Shown: piece after piece, positions 13,184 through 26,832 of the stretch | Position numbering within the stretch: position 1 is the stretch's first letter | How the letters are laid out: every line of letters starts with the position of its first letter | Assembly: GCF_006345805.1 (NCBI RefSeq) | Contig: NC_043001.1 | Span: 115,320,001 to 115,384,000 of the forward strand | Reading direction: 5' to 3' | Length of the DNA: 64,000 bases | Origin: Octopus sinensis | Lineage: Eukaryota | Made by a program: the position numbers and the translations under genes | Notes under the pieces: generated by a model | What the model was told of the DNA's origin: nothing | What the model saw: the letters and a program-made list of their open reading frames with translations, nothing else | Database searches by the model: none

Positions 13184-14009
13184 AATATAATAGATATATA
13201 TATATATATACGCGTGTGTTTGTATAAAAGAATTATCTGATGCCATCCAACATAAAATCTTGGTTCATCAAAAGAAAGTTCCCTTCAAGAGAACTATGAA
13301 TTCCCCTGTGGCAATCGTAACCAACTTTATGTAAAGAGAGAATCTCAAGAATGAAGAATTCTTCGAAATTGTGTGTGTGCGCTTTTATGCGTATGCAAGT
13401 GTAGTTATGTGTAAGTGTGTGTGCTTGTGTGCATGTATGCATATTTCTACGTGTATGCGTGGCGTGTAAGTATATTTGTGCGTGCGTGCGTGTGTGTGCG
13501 TTTATGTATATTTATGCGTACGTATGTGTGCGTGTATGATATTTGACATTCTCGTGTATATATGTAGATATTGATACATGCGTGTTTTGTATTCATATAC
13601 CGATACATAAAGACACACGCACAAGTTCTTCTATGTGTGTGCAAACATGTAAGTGTGAATATGTGTGAATGATTGTGTACGAACATATGTATTTGTGTGA
13701 GTGTGTATGAACGCACGTATGTGTGTACGAGTGTGTGTCCTTGTCTGTCAAATTAATGTCCAAGATGGCTTACATGCGTTGATATAAAACAGAGGAAAAT
13801 ATAACAATTACGTTTTGCGAAAATTATTAAAGTCAAATAAAAAAAAAATATGAAGTTCCATTATATAGCATTTATTACATTTTAATGTATTTTCAAACTT
13901 TTGTCACTTGTAATGGCATATTGAAAGTACACTCTACACACCAAACCACACACACTCCTCTTTCTCCCTCTTTCAAATGCACACACACGCGCATACACAT
14001 AGACACACT

Positions 14010-14044
<35 letters not shown>

Positions 14045-14408
14045 GCATAAATAGATATATATATATGTGAGTGTGTGTGTGTGTATTTATATATATATAA
14101 ATTGTATGAATATATGAATATATGTGTATATACGCATATATATATATCTATATTTCAATATATGCGTATAGTCGTTTCATAGATGCATGTATAATATATG
14201 TATATGTATATATATTCTTGTATGTATTTGATATATGTGTGTGTATATTATATTTGCGTACTTATATAGGTGGGTGTGTGTAATACATATACTAATATAA
14301 GCATATATAATCATGTATATACATTCACGCAATATGTATTGATGTTGTATATATATATATATATACATACATACATACATATGTATATGTATATATGTGT
14401 GTTTATAC

Positions 14409-14445
<37 letters not shown>

Positions 14446-14453
14446 TATATATA

Positions 14454-14500
<47 letters not shown>

Positions 14501-15844
14501 GTACACATATATGTATGTGTATAATATATATTTTAATATGTATTCGTAGTTATGTATATATACGTATATATATATCCAATCTTTTTTTGTCTTGTTTTGT
14601 TTTTTGTATATGTGTTTTTTTTTTCGCTGACTACATTCCGTTAGTTTTCAGCATTATTAACATTATTTAACTCATTAACCAATCATGGCAGCTTCATTTG
14701 ATTTTCTAGAAAGCCGCATCAATAACATCAACAATAAAGTAGAATTATAAATTCTCATTTTTGCCATCAGCTAATAATAATTCGCATTAGATAACGCCTG
14801 ACTAACTTTTCTATTTCTAAACCGTTCACGCCTGAATACCTCTGGAGGTTGTTGCAACGATTGTTTCTAGATTTATGCTTGAAATCGAAGAAAAGAAACG
14901 CAAAGATACGAAAAACTGAAAGAGAAGACAAGACGAGATTAGCTTCAGGCAAGATAATCAAGTAAAGAATTAGCCGTATATTACTAATGTTTTAATCACC
15001 ACAGCAATTGTTTGGTTGGTGTCTTATAATGAATGTCGATCAAATAGATGGTTATGTAGAATTTTATGTGTGTGTGTGTATATGTTAGTATGAAGGAATA
15101 CGTACAGGTTTAGTTTTTAAGTATGGCTATGTGGATGAGACGTTCAATCTAATCAATTACGTGGATTCGAGTTCGATATCTCACAGCGTTTGATAAGTGC
15201 TTTAATTCAAAAGCTTCGGATAGAGTAAAACTTTCTGTTGGGCGATGGTATGGAAGTGTGGTAATGAGCTTTACTTCCCTACTATGAGGTTTTAGTCTCG
15301 TTCTCACGATATGGCATTTTGGACGAGTGATTTTATACCATAATCTCAGGTCGATCCAAAACCTTGTGAACGAAATTTCGTAGATTTAAACTGAAAAGAT
15401 GGCAGGTTCAAATCTTTAAAGTGTTTCTACTCCAGCGTATTAATCACTTAAAAGTTTGGATTATCCCCATAAAATCTGGGATAAAGCAATATTAAAAAAA
15501 ACAACAGCAGCAACAACGCTGATTGCAACAAAAGCAACAACAGCAGAACAACAACAACGGCGACAACAACAACACCAGCAGTTCATTTACAATAACAATT
15601 GCAACGAACAACAGTAACCACAACAACTACTATACAACACAACAGCAGCAACACTTATGACAACAACTACAATACCAACAACAATATAACAGTATCAACA
15701 ACCACAACAGTGAGCAGAATATTGATGACAAGCCAAAAAGTAGTCTCAAAAGTGATTACTAGATCTGCTAGAAACAGTAGTAAAAATCTTAAAATCATAT
15801 TTTAGTAGCTTCACAAAAAGAATAATTATGTACTCGGTATAATG

Positions 15845-16068
15845 TACAGGTGGTGCCCCAGCATGGCCACAGCCTTAGGGCTGAAACATACAAAAGAATA
15901 AAAGAATATATATTTGGCTGAGGTAAGAAGCTTACTTCCCAACCACACGGATCCGAGTTCAGTCCCACTGTGTGACACCTTACGTAAGTGACTTCTATAG
16001 CCTCGGGCCAACTAAAACCATGTGAGTAGATTTGGTAGACAGAAACTGAAAGAAGCCCATTGCATGTT

Positions 16069-16105
<37 letters not shown>

Positions 16106-16270
16106 TGTGTGTGTTTTTGTCTACCCACCATCGCTTGACAACCGACGTTGGTGTGTTTACACCACCACCCCCCGTCGCTTAGTGGTTCAGCAAAAAGTCG
16201 ATTTCTCCGACTAAAAGGCGGTGTTCCAGCATGGCCGCAGTCAAACGACGGAAACAAATAAAAGAATAAA
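15845..16270 (+). mobile_element. Family-C SINE preceded by the tail of another copy
   Basis: Tail ccagcatggccacagcc...gctgaaacatacaaaagaata (15845-15905), then head gagttcagtcccactg, CORE-like body, (TG)n, and tail ccagcatggccgcagtc. Confidence 0.8.
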
Positions 16271-16333
16271 AGAATATGTATGTATGTATGTATATATATA
16301 TATATATATATATACATACATATATATATATGC

Positions 16334-16403
<70 letters not shown>

Positions 16404-17349
16404 GTGAGAGACAGATATTCTCCGTATAGAATACATTTATTAGTACTCAAAAGATTTAAATTTGAGCAGATATATATTTATATATATAATGCATACTAAT
16501 GTACACATATATATGGATATATTTACATAGTATAATATTAAATATATATAAAGGTACAGGCATAAAATTTATATCTTTATATATGTACACGTGTATGAAT
16601 AGGTCTTTGCGAGTATGTATACATATAACATAAATGGGTGTGTGTGTGTGTGTATGAGGTTGGTGCAAAAGGAACATTTTCATATAGCTTTTTTCTTATC
16701 TTGCTGATTGAACTATGTGTGTGTATAAGTGTGTGTTTGTACCTGCTTCAGTGTGTGTGTTGGGGGTTTTTGTGTGTGTGTGTGTTTGTGTGTGTGTGCG
16801 CGCGCTTTATCAAAATGTCATATGAAATTGCTGCAAAATTTATTTATGGTGCTTCTCTTAAATTCAATATAAAAAAATTTAAATTATTTAACTACTAACT
16901 ATATGTATGTATCTTTTTCCTCACACTTTATATAATAAATTATCTTCGGTATATATGACGTATATTTTCTGTTGGGAACTGATATTTGTATGTTGAACAA
17001 GGGGAAGCTGAATCACAAATTTTGCAGGACTTGTCAAAACTATAAATCAATATGGTGGGATCTAAGTGTTCCGCAACTTCTAAACATAGCAATTCACTAT
17101 GGCTGTTTTAGTATTTGATGTTGTAGTTGGTGGTTTATCCAGGTTAGCGCTGATCGACCAGATCGATTAATATAGGTATTCCAGCCTTGATTACCACCCT
17201 GTCTTTTATTTTGCTATCTTTTGCCAATGTGGTCCAATTTATTCTTTCTTTATTAAAGATAGTAGGGTGCAATTTGGCTGCTATTTCAAGCATATCAGAG
17301 ACTACATATGAGCATCCCCGTTAGTATAGTTCCACTCAAGGGGCGTAAC

Positions 17350-17560
17350 TATTGATTTCAAATTTTGCCTCAAGGCCAGCAATTTCGGAGGAGTGAGCTG
17401 GTCGATAACATTAACCCCCAATGCTCAACAGGTATTTAGTTTATCGACCACGAACGGATGAAGGGAAAAGTCAAACTCGACGGTATTTGAACTCAGTATG
17501 TAAAGATGACGAAATATCGCGAAACCCGGAGTGGTAACGATTCTGCCAGCTCGCCGCTTT
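17350..17560 (-). mobile_element. Family-D SINE, left member of an inverted pair
   Basis: gattctgccagctcgccgc head, atttgaactcag B box, ttgatttcaaattttgcc tail. Confidence 0.8.
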
Positions 17561-17587
17561 AAGTAACGTAAATAATAAATGAAAATT

Positions 17588-17770
17588 TGAAGCGGCGGGG
17601 TGGCAAAGTCGTTAGTATACCAGAGAAACATCTTAGCGGCATTTCAAATTCTGCCGAGGGAGACTTTGTCTTTCATCCTTTCAGGACTGATAAAATAAGT
17701 ACCAGCTGAGCACTGGGGTAGATGTAATCGACTCGTGCCCTCACTCTTGTGCCAAAATTTGAAATCAATA
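17588..17770 (+). mobile_element. Family-D SINE (internally deleted), right member of an inverted pair
   Basis: aagcggcggggtggcaaagtcgttag head, ctttcatcctttc body, gccaaaatttgaaatcaata tail. Confidence 0.8.
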
Positions 17771-18535
17771 TTAATTGAAACTTTAATACAGACTACTCCA
17801 AGAATATAAGTAAAGAGTTAGTAACAAGTTGAATTACGGAACTCTTATTTTTGAGACAGTCAGGGAACACGACGTCGACAGTTAAAATGTTCTACAGCAA
17901 TTAAATTTATTCTGGAAGCTCCAAAAGATTTATGTGTTTAGTTCCACTTTTACTTTTAACAATATCATGGAGTATATTATGAGAATTACACGTTAGTAAT
18001 TTTCTGTCTTCGGATATGGAATAAATGCTGACAGAAAATTTGACATATGATAATAGGAGGCATACAATGTCGTATTTTAATAGGCCGAGATCCCAAAATA
18101 TATTTTAAGATATAGTTTCAGTCAAAGAATGTAATAATTATTTTATAGGAAATAATGGAAGGATTGAGTTACATGAACTTTTCCTAACAGTAGATAACCA
18201 TTGTTTCGAACTGGAAAATAGCCATTTTTAGTCAACTGTAAAGAGATTTTTCGTCTGTTGAACAATGCTCAGCTGTATATTGCGTTAATGCATCTTTCGT
18301 CAACGGGTGTTCACCTTTTCAGGCATTTTTTAATATTATTTACTGTGGCATAAAAATTCTTCAACTGTACTGAACTCTAACATGACCTCCTCCGAAAGAC
18401 CAGAGATTCCATTAATCTAATAATAATTATTATTTTTTATTTTCATAAACGTTTTTTTTCTTTTTCGTGAAACTGCATGTTTTCGTTTTCAACTTTATAT
18501 ATATATATATATAGATATATATATATATATATATA

Positions 18536-18576
<41 letters not shown>

Positions 18577-18974
18577 GTCTGCATATGTGAAGTATGAACT
18601 ATATTACGAAACACCATACAGCGCAAAAATAAATACAATATACCACATAAAAGAAAATATTCTCAGGCTTGACATAATAATTTCAGAACTATAAAACTCC
18701 AGTTTAAGATATGGAATTTTTTTTTTTTTAATCTTCTACTTCGGTGCGGTTAGAACCATGAAAGCTTCCTTAATCAGTCAATTTTTCTCGGTCGAAATTC
18801 TAAAACAAAGCTAGAACTATTTTCGTATATAGAATCAATTTGTAATTCCTGTGGTGTATTATGCAATTTTCTTCCTATACAGATGATATGTTCGATTGTC
18901 ATTTATAGTTTCTCCTTAGGAGAATATTATTATCAGCCTAACAATATTAGAAACAGTTTCTCCTAAGATTATTC

Positions 18975-19115
<141 letters not shown>

Positions 19116-20732
19116 GCCCACAAAAACACACACATATAAATAGTGTGTGTGTGTGTACATTTAGATATACGACTACTGCTATAAGAGAACTCCAGTCGGC
19201 TTATATTATAGCTGTTAGTAGACCAATGTACTGAGCAATGTTACTATTTATGGCATACAGGGTATACGTAATGGAAATTAAAGGAAGCAGCAATAAAAAA
19301 TATTTATTTCCTACGTACGTTTCATAACTTCAGTTATTTGGAAAACTTTATTGCATTCTGTTGCAGAGATCAAATATGCAGTAAAAAGTCGCCTTGATCA
19401 TCCATTGCAGTTAGGCATCCAGATGCACTTGGAACATTCAATGCTGGGTCCCAATAATGTGGCTAAACGAAAGAGGGAAATATGTACTCATTAGAAATAG
19501 GAGAAAGTATTTATTCGCTTGTTGTAATTGTTGATTTCCTCGGTTGCTATTCAGAGTATCATCGCTCGATTTAGATCTTTCGAGTAACAAATAAAATTCA
19601 CTTGAAACACATTCACTCGAAGATTTCTTTATAATTAACCTGAGTACAAACAGTATTATCTACTCTACACAACGTATTGCTTACTCCCATTGGTTTCTGG
19701 TGTGGTGGAGGTGGAGTCTGTTTGTGTGTGTGTGTGTGTGTGTTTGTTTAAACTATTTGATATAATTTACGGGAAGCTGAATTTTTATTCTGTCGCTGCT
19801 CCAAGTTCAAGATGTTTGACTGTATAGAAGATGACAATCTAACAAAAAGGTGTTATGTTGTTTTTTGTTTCTTTTTGTTTCTTTTTTTTTACATCTTTTA
19901 CTCAAAAGAGAAAACAGTGCTGGTGATCCGTTAAGAGTTTCCGAACGTGTTGGAAATCAAAAGAGAGGAATAGCTGTATTCTCAAACTGACCCATTGCTT
20001 GTAATTGAATGGATTACATGGTCTTGGTGATGGTCTCAAAACAGACGACCGATTAAGTTCACCACCGAAGTAGGCTATAGTGAGATTTGAACTCAGAACG
20101 CAAAGAGCCGAACAATTACCACGAGGTATTCGATCCAAAGTCCACCAATCTGTCAATCTACCACTTTGCATTGGTGCTTTTTTTTATTGACCCGATAGGA
20201 AGAAAGGATGAAGTTAACCTCGTTCTATTTGGACTCAGCGTAGGGAATCGAAAAAAGATATCGTAAGGATTCTGTCCAACGGCCAGTTCGTCTTTCTCAA
20301 CGATTTGATCCACATCAATATTATTCTTGGACTACAATCAACTTCATACAATTCTCAGATATAGTCAAATGAATATCTAATATCGGAAATTGCGATATTT
20401 TCAGATTTAGAGCCGTATTTTCGCTCCAATGGTTTTAATTGAAAAAATTTTTTAAACAATGATTTAAAAAATACTTTTTTTCTATTTTAACAAACACTCT
20501 CTCCCTTTCTCCTCTCTCTCTTTCTTTTTCTTTCTCTCTCTCTCTCTCTTCCTCTCTCTCTTCCTCTCTCTCTCGCTCACTCGCTTTGCTATCTCTATCT
20601 CATTATTTCTTTCTCACGCTCACCAATCTAATTTGTCTCTCATTTTCTCCTCTCTTCTCTCTCTTTTTTTCCTACTTTTGTGAATGTATGTATATATAAA
20701 TAAATAAGGCCCTTACTGAAATAGCCAAATGG

Positions 20733-21074
20733 ATGAATAAGAAGCGAGTCAAGACTTCACCATCCAAAGACCACACTCCTAAGGCAAAAGCACCTGCGGT
20801 GAGGGCGCCGTTTTCTAATTTGAGTCAAGCCTCTGCCTGGATGATGGAAGAGGATTTGCAATGTAAATTCTTTTCCGAATATTCGGTAGACACATCACTC
20901 CAGCCAGACATAGATTTTCTAAACGGGAATGCAAAAACTATGATCGTGGCCGAATTATGTTCGAATTACGTTTACCAAACTTACATTTCTTACCAACTGA
21001 AGAAAGCTAAGTGCCAGGACTTGGTTGATGGGTATTTTTGCGAAAGGATAGCACGCAGCTTCATTCCCCATTGA
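20733..21074 (+). CDS. Unassigned 113-aa ORF in non-repetitive sequence
   Basis: MNKKRVKTSPSKDHTPKAK...FCERIARSFIPH. Complex sequence with a basic N-terminus; no family recognised. Confidence 0.25.
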   Translation: MNKKRVKTSPSKDHTPKAKAPAVRAPFSNLSQASAWMMEEDLQCKFFSEYSVDTSLQPDIDFLNGNAKTMIVAELCSNYVYQTYISYQLKKAKCQDLVDGYFCERIARSFIPH

Positions 21075-21310
21075 AATCTGCTGACGCAGTTTCCCAAATA
21101 GACAGAAAAAAAAGCTTGGTTTGTAACCCCAGAAACTAAAGAAGGCCACGAAGGAGATAGTTATGGTAGCTAAAAGTAGCTCAAGGTGATTGGAGCCTTT
21201 CTGTAGGCAAATGCTAATTCATTTCTCATAACCCCACTTAGGTGAAGCGTACAGACTAAAAGACTTGTGCCCAGAGATACTTAAAACCTACAAAGTATAT
21301 GTCTACTAGT

Positions 21311-21700
21311 GGAGGCGCAATGGCCCAGTGGTTAGGGCAGCGGACTTTCGGTCGTAGGATCGCGGTTTCGATTCCCAGACCGGGCGTTGTGAGTGTTTAT
21401 TTAGCGAAAACACCTAAAAGCTCCACGAGGCTCCGGCAGGGGATGGTGGTGATCCCTGCTGTACTCTTTCACCACAACTTTCTCTCACTCTTACTTCCTG
21501 TTTCTGTTGTACCTGTATTTCAAAGGGCCGGCTTTGTCACTCACTCTCTGTGTCACGCTGAATATCCCCGAGAACTACGTTAAGGGTACACGTGTCTGTG
21601 GAGTGCTCAGCCACTTACACGTTAATTTCACGAGCAGGCTGTTCCGTTGATTCGGATCAACCCGAACCCTCATCGTCGTAACCGACGGAGTGCTTCCACA
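21311..21700 (+). mobile_element. tRNA-derived SINE, family A with tail type 1
   Basis: A box tggcccagtggtta, B box ggtttcgattccc, tail ccgagaactacgttaagggtacacgtgtctgtggag...accgacggagtgc. Imperfect TSD tatgtctactagtgg / tatgtcctactgatgg. Confidence 0.85.
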
Positions 21701-22260
21701 TATGTCCTACTGATGGAGTATCTGCAAAGAAATTCAGTCACCTAGAAATAGAAGTTAAATCACTCCCAGATCCTATATTCTACAACTGAAGCATAAGAAG
21801 CCTTCGGATTCCTCTATCCATTTCAGAAAATGCATTCTTTCCTGCGAAAGTTATATGTTGTTGACGTCAACAGCACACAATATATGCGAGTATATGTGTG
21901 TGTGCGCGCGCGTACTTTTGTGTGTGTGTATACCTAAATATATATTTACTTCAGATATTTCAGGCCTTGAAACTGGATTCCTATATCTATAAAGTCTCTT
22001 CTATTATAAGTTTCGCATGTATGTTTGTATATATTTTTAATTTGTTTTAACTACTGGAATAATATATTTTGAAAGTTTGTCCGAAGATTTACAGTCGGGA
22101 TATGTCCTACACGTTAATACATGTTTATTCTGTTATGAACTAAATATATTTTTATAATTATTCATATCTGTATGCATATTCACAAAATGTATTTTCCATA
22201 TTGTAATGAAGCACAGAATGAAAATGGTACCCCATATGCCAGTTTTTGTCTTAACACATA

Positions 22261-22401
22261 TTAGGTTGTCCCAAAAGTTCGTAAACACTTGCGAAAATTG
22301 AATTTTTACTCGCCAAGTACTAACAAAAACAACAAAAATTATTCCTCAAAATAAAGACCATTATTTTCCAAGACTTTCTACGAACTTTTGGGACAACCTT
22401 A
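22261..22401 (-). mobile_element. 141-bp mariner-derived MITE
   Basis: TA|ttaggttgtcccaaaagttcgta ... tacgaacttttgggacaacctta|TA. The interior encodes KVLENNGLYFEE* on the minus strand, resembling a mariner transposase C-terminus. Confidence 0.85.
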
Positions 22402-22472
22402 TATTACTCTTCATACATGCACACACACGCACACATATATGAATATAAAGAGGAAAAGAGTTGTACATGTAT

Positions 22473-22519
<47 letters not shown>

Positions 22520-22911
22520 TATATATAATACGTAATAACTTTAGTAGGTATACTCTATAGAGATATCTATGATGCTGTGTTTAGCTTCCTATTGTTAGCT
22601 CATGTAATTGTATATGAGTGAATATCAACCAGTCCGCTTCCGCTCAGGTTCGTTACTCTATCCGGGGAAATTAGAAAGAAACTTTGATCGTGTAATTATA
22701 TTTGTTGTCTAAGTAAAGATGAATGAAAGTATACTGTATCCTGTATTTTCGTCTTTCTAATTTTTGCATTTTTCATTTAATTTTTGTGGTTGAGTCTTGA
22801 AGACTTTTATAAAGAAATTTGTTCACTAATATTTGTGCGCGAGAAATATTCATTACGGTTGCTTTTGTAACTTGTGATGTGAGGTGACTGCTGAGATATA
22901 TATGTGTATAT

Positions 22912-22995
<84 letters not shown>

Positions 22996-23309
22996 TATAT
23001 ATATGTCAAGAGAAGCATTAACGCCATCGACCTCAGTGACCTAGAACGCCTGCGTGATTCATAGAAACAGTCGCAGAGTCATATATTATTATATATATAT
23101 ATATACTGAAAGTCTATGAGAATTATTTAATACAGCTGTGAAGTCTAAAGGTGATGTTATCAAATCTTTTGGGGAACAGGTTTTTCTGGTATGTGAGCAA
23201 TTTCAATTAACCCTTTCAAAAACATGTGCTCTTAAAGAGGAAGTTGTTATTTTTGTAGTCGTGGTAGTATTAATTATTTTCGGTTTATTTTCGAACTTAT
23301 GGCTTTAGT

Positions 23310-25322
23310 CATTTTCTTTTACCATTGATTTAATTTCAGGTTTAGATTTCTTATAAAGTATTATTTTGCCTTTCGTAGTTGTACATTTTCATCGTTTATT
23401 TTATAGAATGGGAATATTTTAAATTTTCCATCTGCACAGATATTTGGATGCTCACTGCGAGGGACATTCGTAAGAGATGAATCCCTAATTTGTTGCTTAT
23501 GCACATCTACACGCTGGTCAGTTACTTTCCTGTCTCTCCCATGTAGTTTTCATTGCAGTGTGGGCATGTGATGCAGCAGATAAGGTTTTTGTTTTGCAAT
23601 TCATGTTTGAATTCACTTTTAATTTCTTCCCATTCTTGAGTCTTTTGGTTGTCCTTTGCTCAATTAATTCGCATGTCCCACAACAGGGGTCTCCACAGTT
23701 GATTACTGGCAGCGTTTCTTTTTTCAAATGTGAATCTCGCCTTTGTTAGATGTCTCTTGAGATTTGGTGGTTGTCTTCGACTGTTGATAATTTGCAATTT
23801 TTTAATTATTGTTGGAGATTTGGTGATTGGTGTAGAATTCGGATGTATCGTTTGGCTGAGTGCAGGATGTTGTGGTTTTTAGAACTGTGGGTGACTACAA
23901 ATGAAATATTTGTATTTGTATTTTTATTTTCACACCTAGCCTGAGTGTTTCTCCGTCAGGTACAGATCGGAGTTTCCTTTGCTTTTGTTATGGCATGTTG
24001 AATTAACTTGTTAGGATATTTTTATTACTGAAGGAATATATTAAGTTTTGCTAGTCGTTTCCCTTGTTTAATAGAATCTGTGACTATTGAGCATATGTGC
24101 CTTGCCATATTAAATAGTATGTTCCCTTTTGTGTGGGAAGTGTGGCAAGATCTAAAATCTAAATATTGGTCTATATCAGTGTTCTTGTAGTAGAGGTCAG
24201 TTGTAACTATCTCATTTTCTTTGATTATCGGAATATCCAGAAATGGGAGTTCCTTTTCATTCATTTCCATAATGGACTAAATTGAGACATGAATGCTATT
24301 TATTAATTTGAGAAATTTTGTAAAGTCCTCCTTATTTCGGTTCCAAAATATGAATCAGTCATCTAAGAACCTTTCCCAGTTTCCTATAAGGTAAGTATGG
24401 AAGTGGTGGCCAAAACTAGTTCTGGATAGGGTGTAGGCTTTTACTTCTAGGCATCCTATTACTAGTATGGCAAATGTTGGTGCGACTTTCACCCCAATCG
24501 CAGTGCCTTGTATTTTTAGATAATATTGATTAACAAATAAGTAGTTGTTACCCAGTACTATCTGTAAACCTTCAAGTATAAATTCTTTTGAGAATCTCTC
24601 CTGAATTCTTTGTGAGTGTTTTTAAATCCAGAATTTTAAAGCTTCTAGTCCATACATATGGGAAATATTTGTGTAGAGATTAGTTACGTCGAACCTAACT
24701 AGTACTTCACTTAATCTACCCATTCTGAGATATGGTCTAAGAAGTCCATGTCATCTTTGATGAAACTGGGAACTAATCTGCATAAAGATTTTAAAATTAT
24801 GTCAAGCAAATTGCTATGTCTATGGGTGCTGGATGCTGGTCCTACAACAATCGGACGCAATTTGAGATCAGTTGGTTTGGGAATCTTTATATATGGAGTA
24901 TGGAGGTCTTTTAAGCTGTTGTTGATCTGTTTGGGTTTATGAGGTAATCCAACTCCTTTTTTGTTAAGTCATCCTTGAACTTTTCGCAAATTTACCAGTT
25001 TTGCTCATAGTTCGCTTCTCAGCTTTGCTAGCTAGTTCTCTGGAGAATTGCTGGTCAGTGAGTTGTTCTAAGACCATTTCCCTGTAACGGGTCTTGTCCA
25101 TTATTACAATGGCTCCTCCTTTGTCAGCTTCATTTATAACTATAGGTGAGTCATCTTGTAGATATTGTAGTGCGTTTTGTTCCTCATCTGTAGTATTTTG
25201 TTTTACAGGGTTTACTGAAATGTTTCAGTTATCAGATCGTTTCAGGCATATCATATATTCCTCCACGGGTTTGTTTCTGTTCATCGGAGGTTTAAAACCT
25301 GTTTTGTCCTGCCCAGTCGATG
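23310..25322 (-). mobile_element. Penelope-like element remnant (RT + GIY-YIG endonuclease), multiple stops and frameshifts
   Basis: Minus-strand motifs ALQYLQDDSPIVINEADKGGAIVIMD, LRPIVVGPAS, QGTAIGVKVAPTFA, WERFLDD, ELPFLDI...TTDLYYKNTD, CGDPCCGTC, CITCPHCNENYMGETG. Confidence 0.92.
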
Positions 25323-25329
25323 GATCATC

Positions 25330-25499
25330 ATTGTGTGTGCGTGCGTGTGTGTGCGCGTGCGCTTGCGTGTGTATGTGTGTGTTGTGTGTGTGTGTGTGTG
25401 TGTGTGTTCATATATATATATATATATACATACATATATATATACACATATATATACACATATATATACACATATATATATCATATCTACATATATGAC

Positions 25500-25540
<41 letters not shown>

Positions 25541-25619
25541 AGAAGAAGAAGAAGAAGAAGAAGAAGAAGAAGAAGAAGAAGAAGAAGAAGAAGAAGAAGA
25601 AGAAGAAGAAGAAGAAGAA
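25330..25619. repeat. Compound microsatellite (TG)n-(TA)n-(GA)n-(AAG)n
   Basis: Directly visible. It truncates the Penelope-like remnant on its 5' side. Confidence 0.95.
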
Positions 25620-26008
25620 AATGGACATTGGGAAGTTAATAATTGTCTGTTATTAACAGCAAATTAATCAACTTCACATACAGCTATTTCAAACCATTCT
25701 TTCATGCGCTTAACACAATCTCTAGCCGTATATATATATAATGTAAGCAGAGTTAGAGGTTATAATAACTGACTAAGGGATAAAATATTCGTATATACTA
25801 TTGGTATCCGTTACTCAAGTTATCTCAGGTCATGGGTATGCTGGCACACTATGCTCGTAGAGTACAGGTAACAACAGAATAAACAAAAGTTTATAAGGAA
25901 ATAAATATAAATAATCAGGTAATGGAGAAAACCTCAGATCAATATGTACATCAATTGGACCACATTTATTTAATACAAAACATGGCATAACATTTATGTG
26001 ACAACAAA

Positions 26009-26120
26009 TCTTACGGCCGTTTCCGCATCCGGTGCCGATCAATGTTTACAAATAACTGCGAAAATAAAATTCCTCATCTTCATAGGACATTTGAATCAGG
26101 GCAGGGTGCTTCATCAGAGA
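26009..26120 (-). ncRNA. Type-I hammerhead ribozyme-like motif with an 87-nt stem II domain
   Basis: Minus strand: CTGATGA (26117-26111), imperfect long stem II (26110-26024), GAAA (26023-26020), palindromic CGGCCG stem III, GUA triplet, 3-bp stem I. Confidence 0.45.
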
Positions 26121-26832
26121 AAAACAAAAGCATCTAAAATGAACAAAAAACAATGAAGAAGGAACAGGAAAGAAAACTAGAAAAGAGATCTAGAAGCCCA
26201 AAATATCAAAAGCATCTAATCTACCATCTTAGGGCTACGAAAGTCTGTAGGTAAGAGAGTGAACTAGCACTGGTCAAGGGAGTAAAAAAACTGTTATAAA
26301 GATATGAAAAGAAATTATCAAAAAATAATAATACAAGGAAACTTACTAACGTGACTGTCAATGAGCATTACCTAAGCTAACGATAAAACTCAAGTTAGAA
26401 TGTATCCAAAACATTACCGCAGGGTGCTTAAGATAGTGTTCTCGCAGAAATATTCCAGAGAACCCACCTGTTGTTCACAATGGGAAGGTTAAGTTCAGCG
26501 TCCTCTACAATTGGTCAAATTATATTTGAACCGGGGGCATAAGTTAAAACCGTTACAATGGATATGTAAATAAAGATAATTAATAAATAAGTAAAGAGTA
26601 CAATAAAATATAACAAAACATAATAAATAAATCAAACATGGGGTTAATGTGGTTCCTAAATGTGTAGGGCTAATTAATGTCTAGAATGCATAAGCAAGAG
26701 GCACACGCTGGATTCGCCTTGTACTTTAATCTTGGCGTACCTTTATTCGCTAAAAAAAGGTCTGAAACCATGGCCCAGGAAATAGATGGTAAATGTTTTT
26801 ATCTTTCATTCCCTTCGAGATTTTATCCCTAA

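Noticed and set aside
19368-19495. Strong acceptor followed by an open frame IKYAVKSRLDHPLQLGIQMH...
   Set aside because: No convincing donor and no recognised homology.
21311-21385. tRNA-like sequence as a real tRNA gene
   Set aside because: It continues directly into a SINE body and recurs at 42845; it is a SINE head.
22790-22830. ttgaagacttttataaagaaa, hammerhead-like, downstream of the 23310 Penelope element
   Set aside because: Stem II register is wrong, stems I and III are absent, and it is on the opposite strand to the element.
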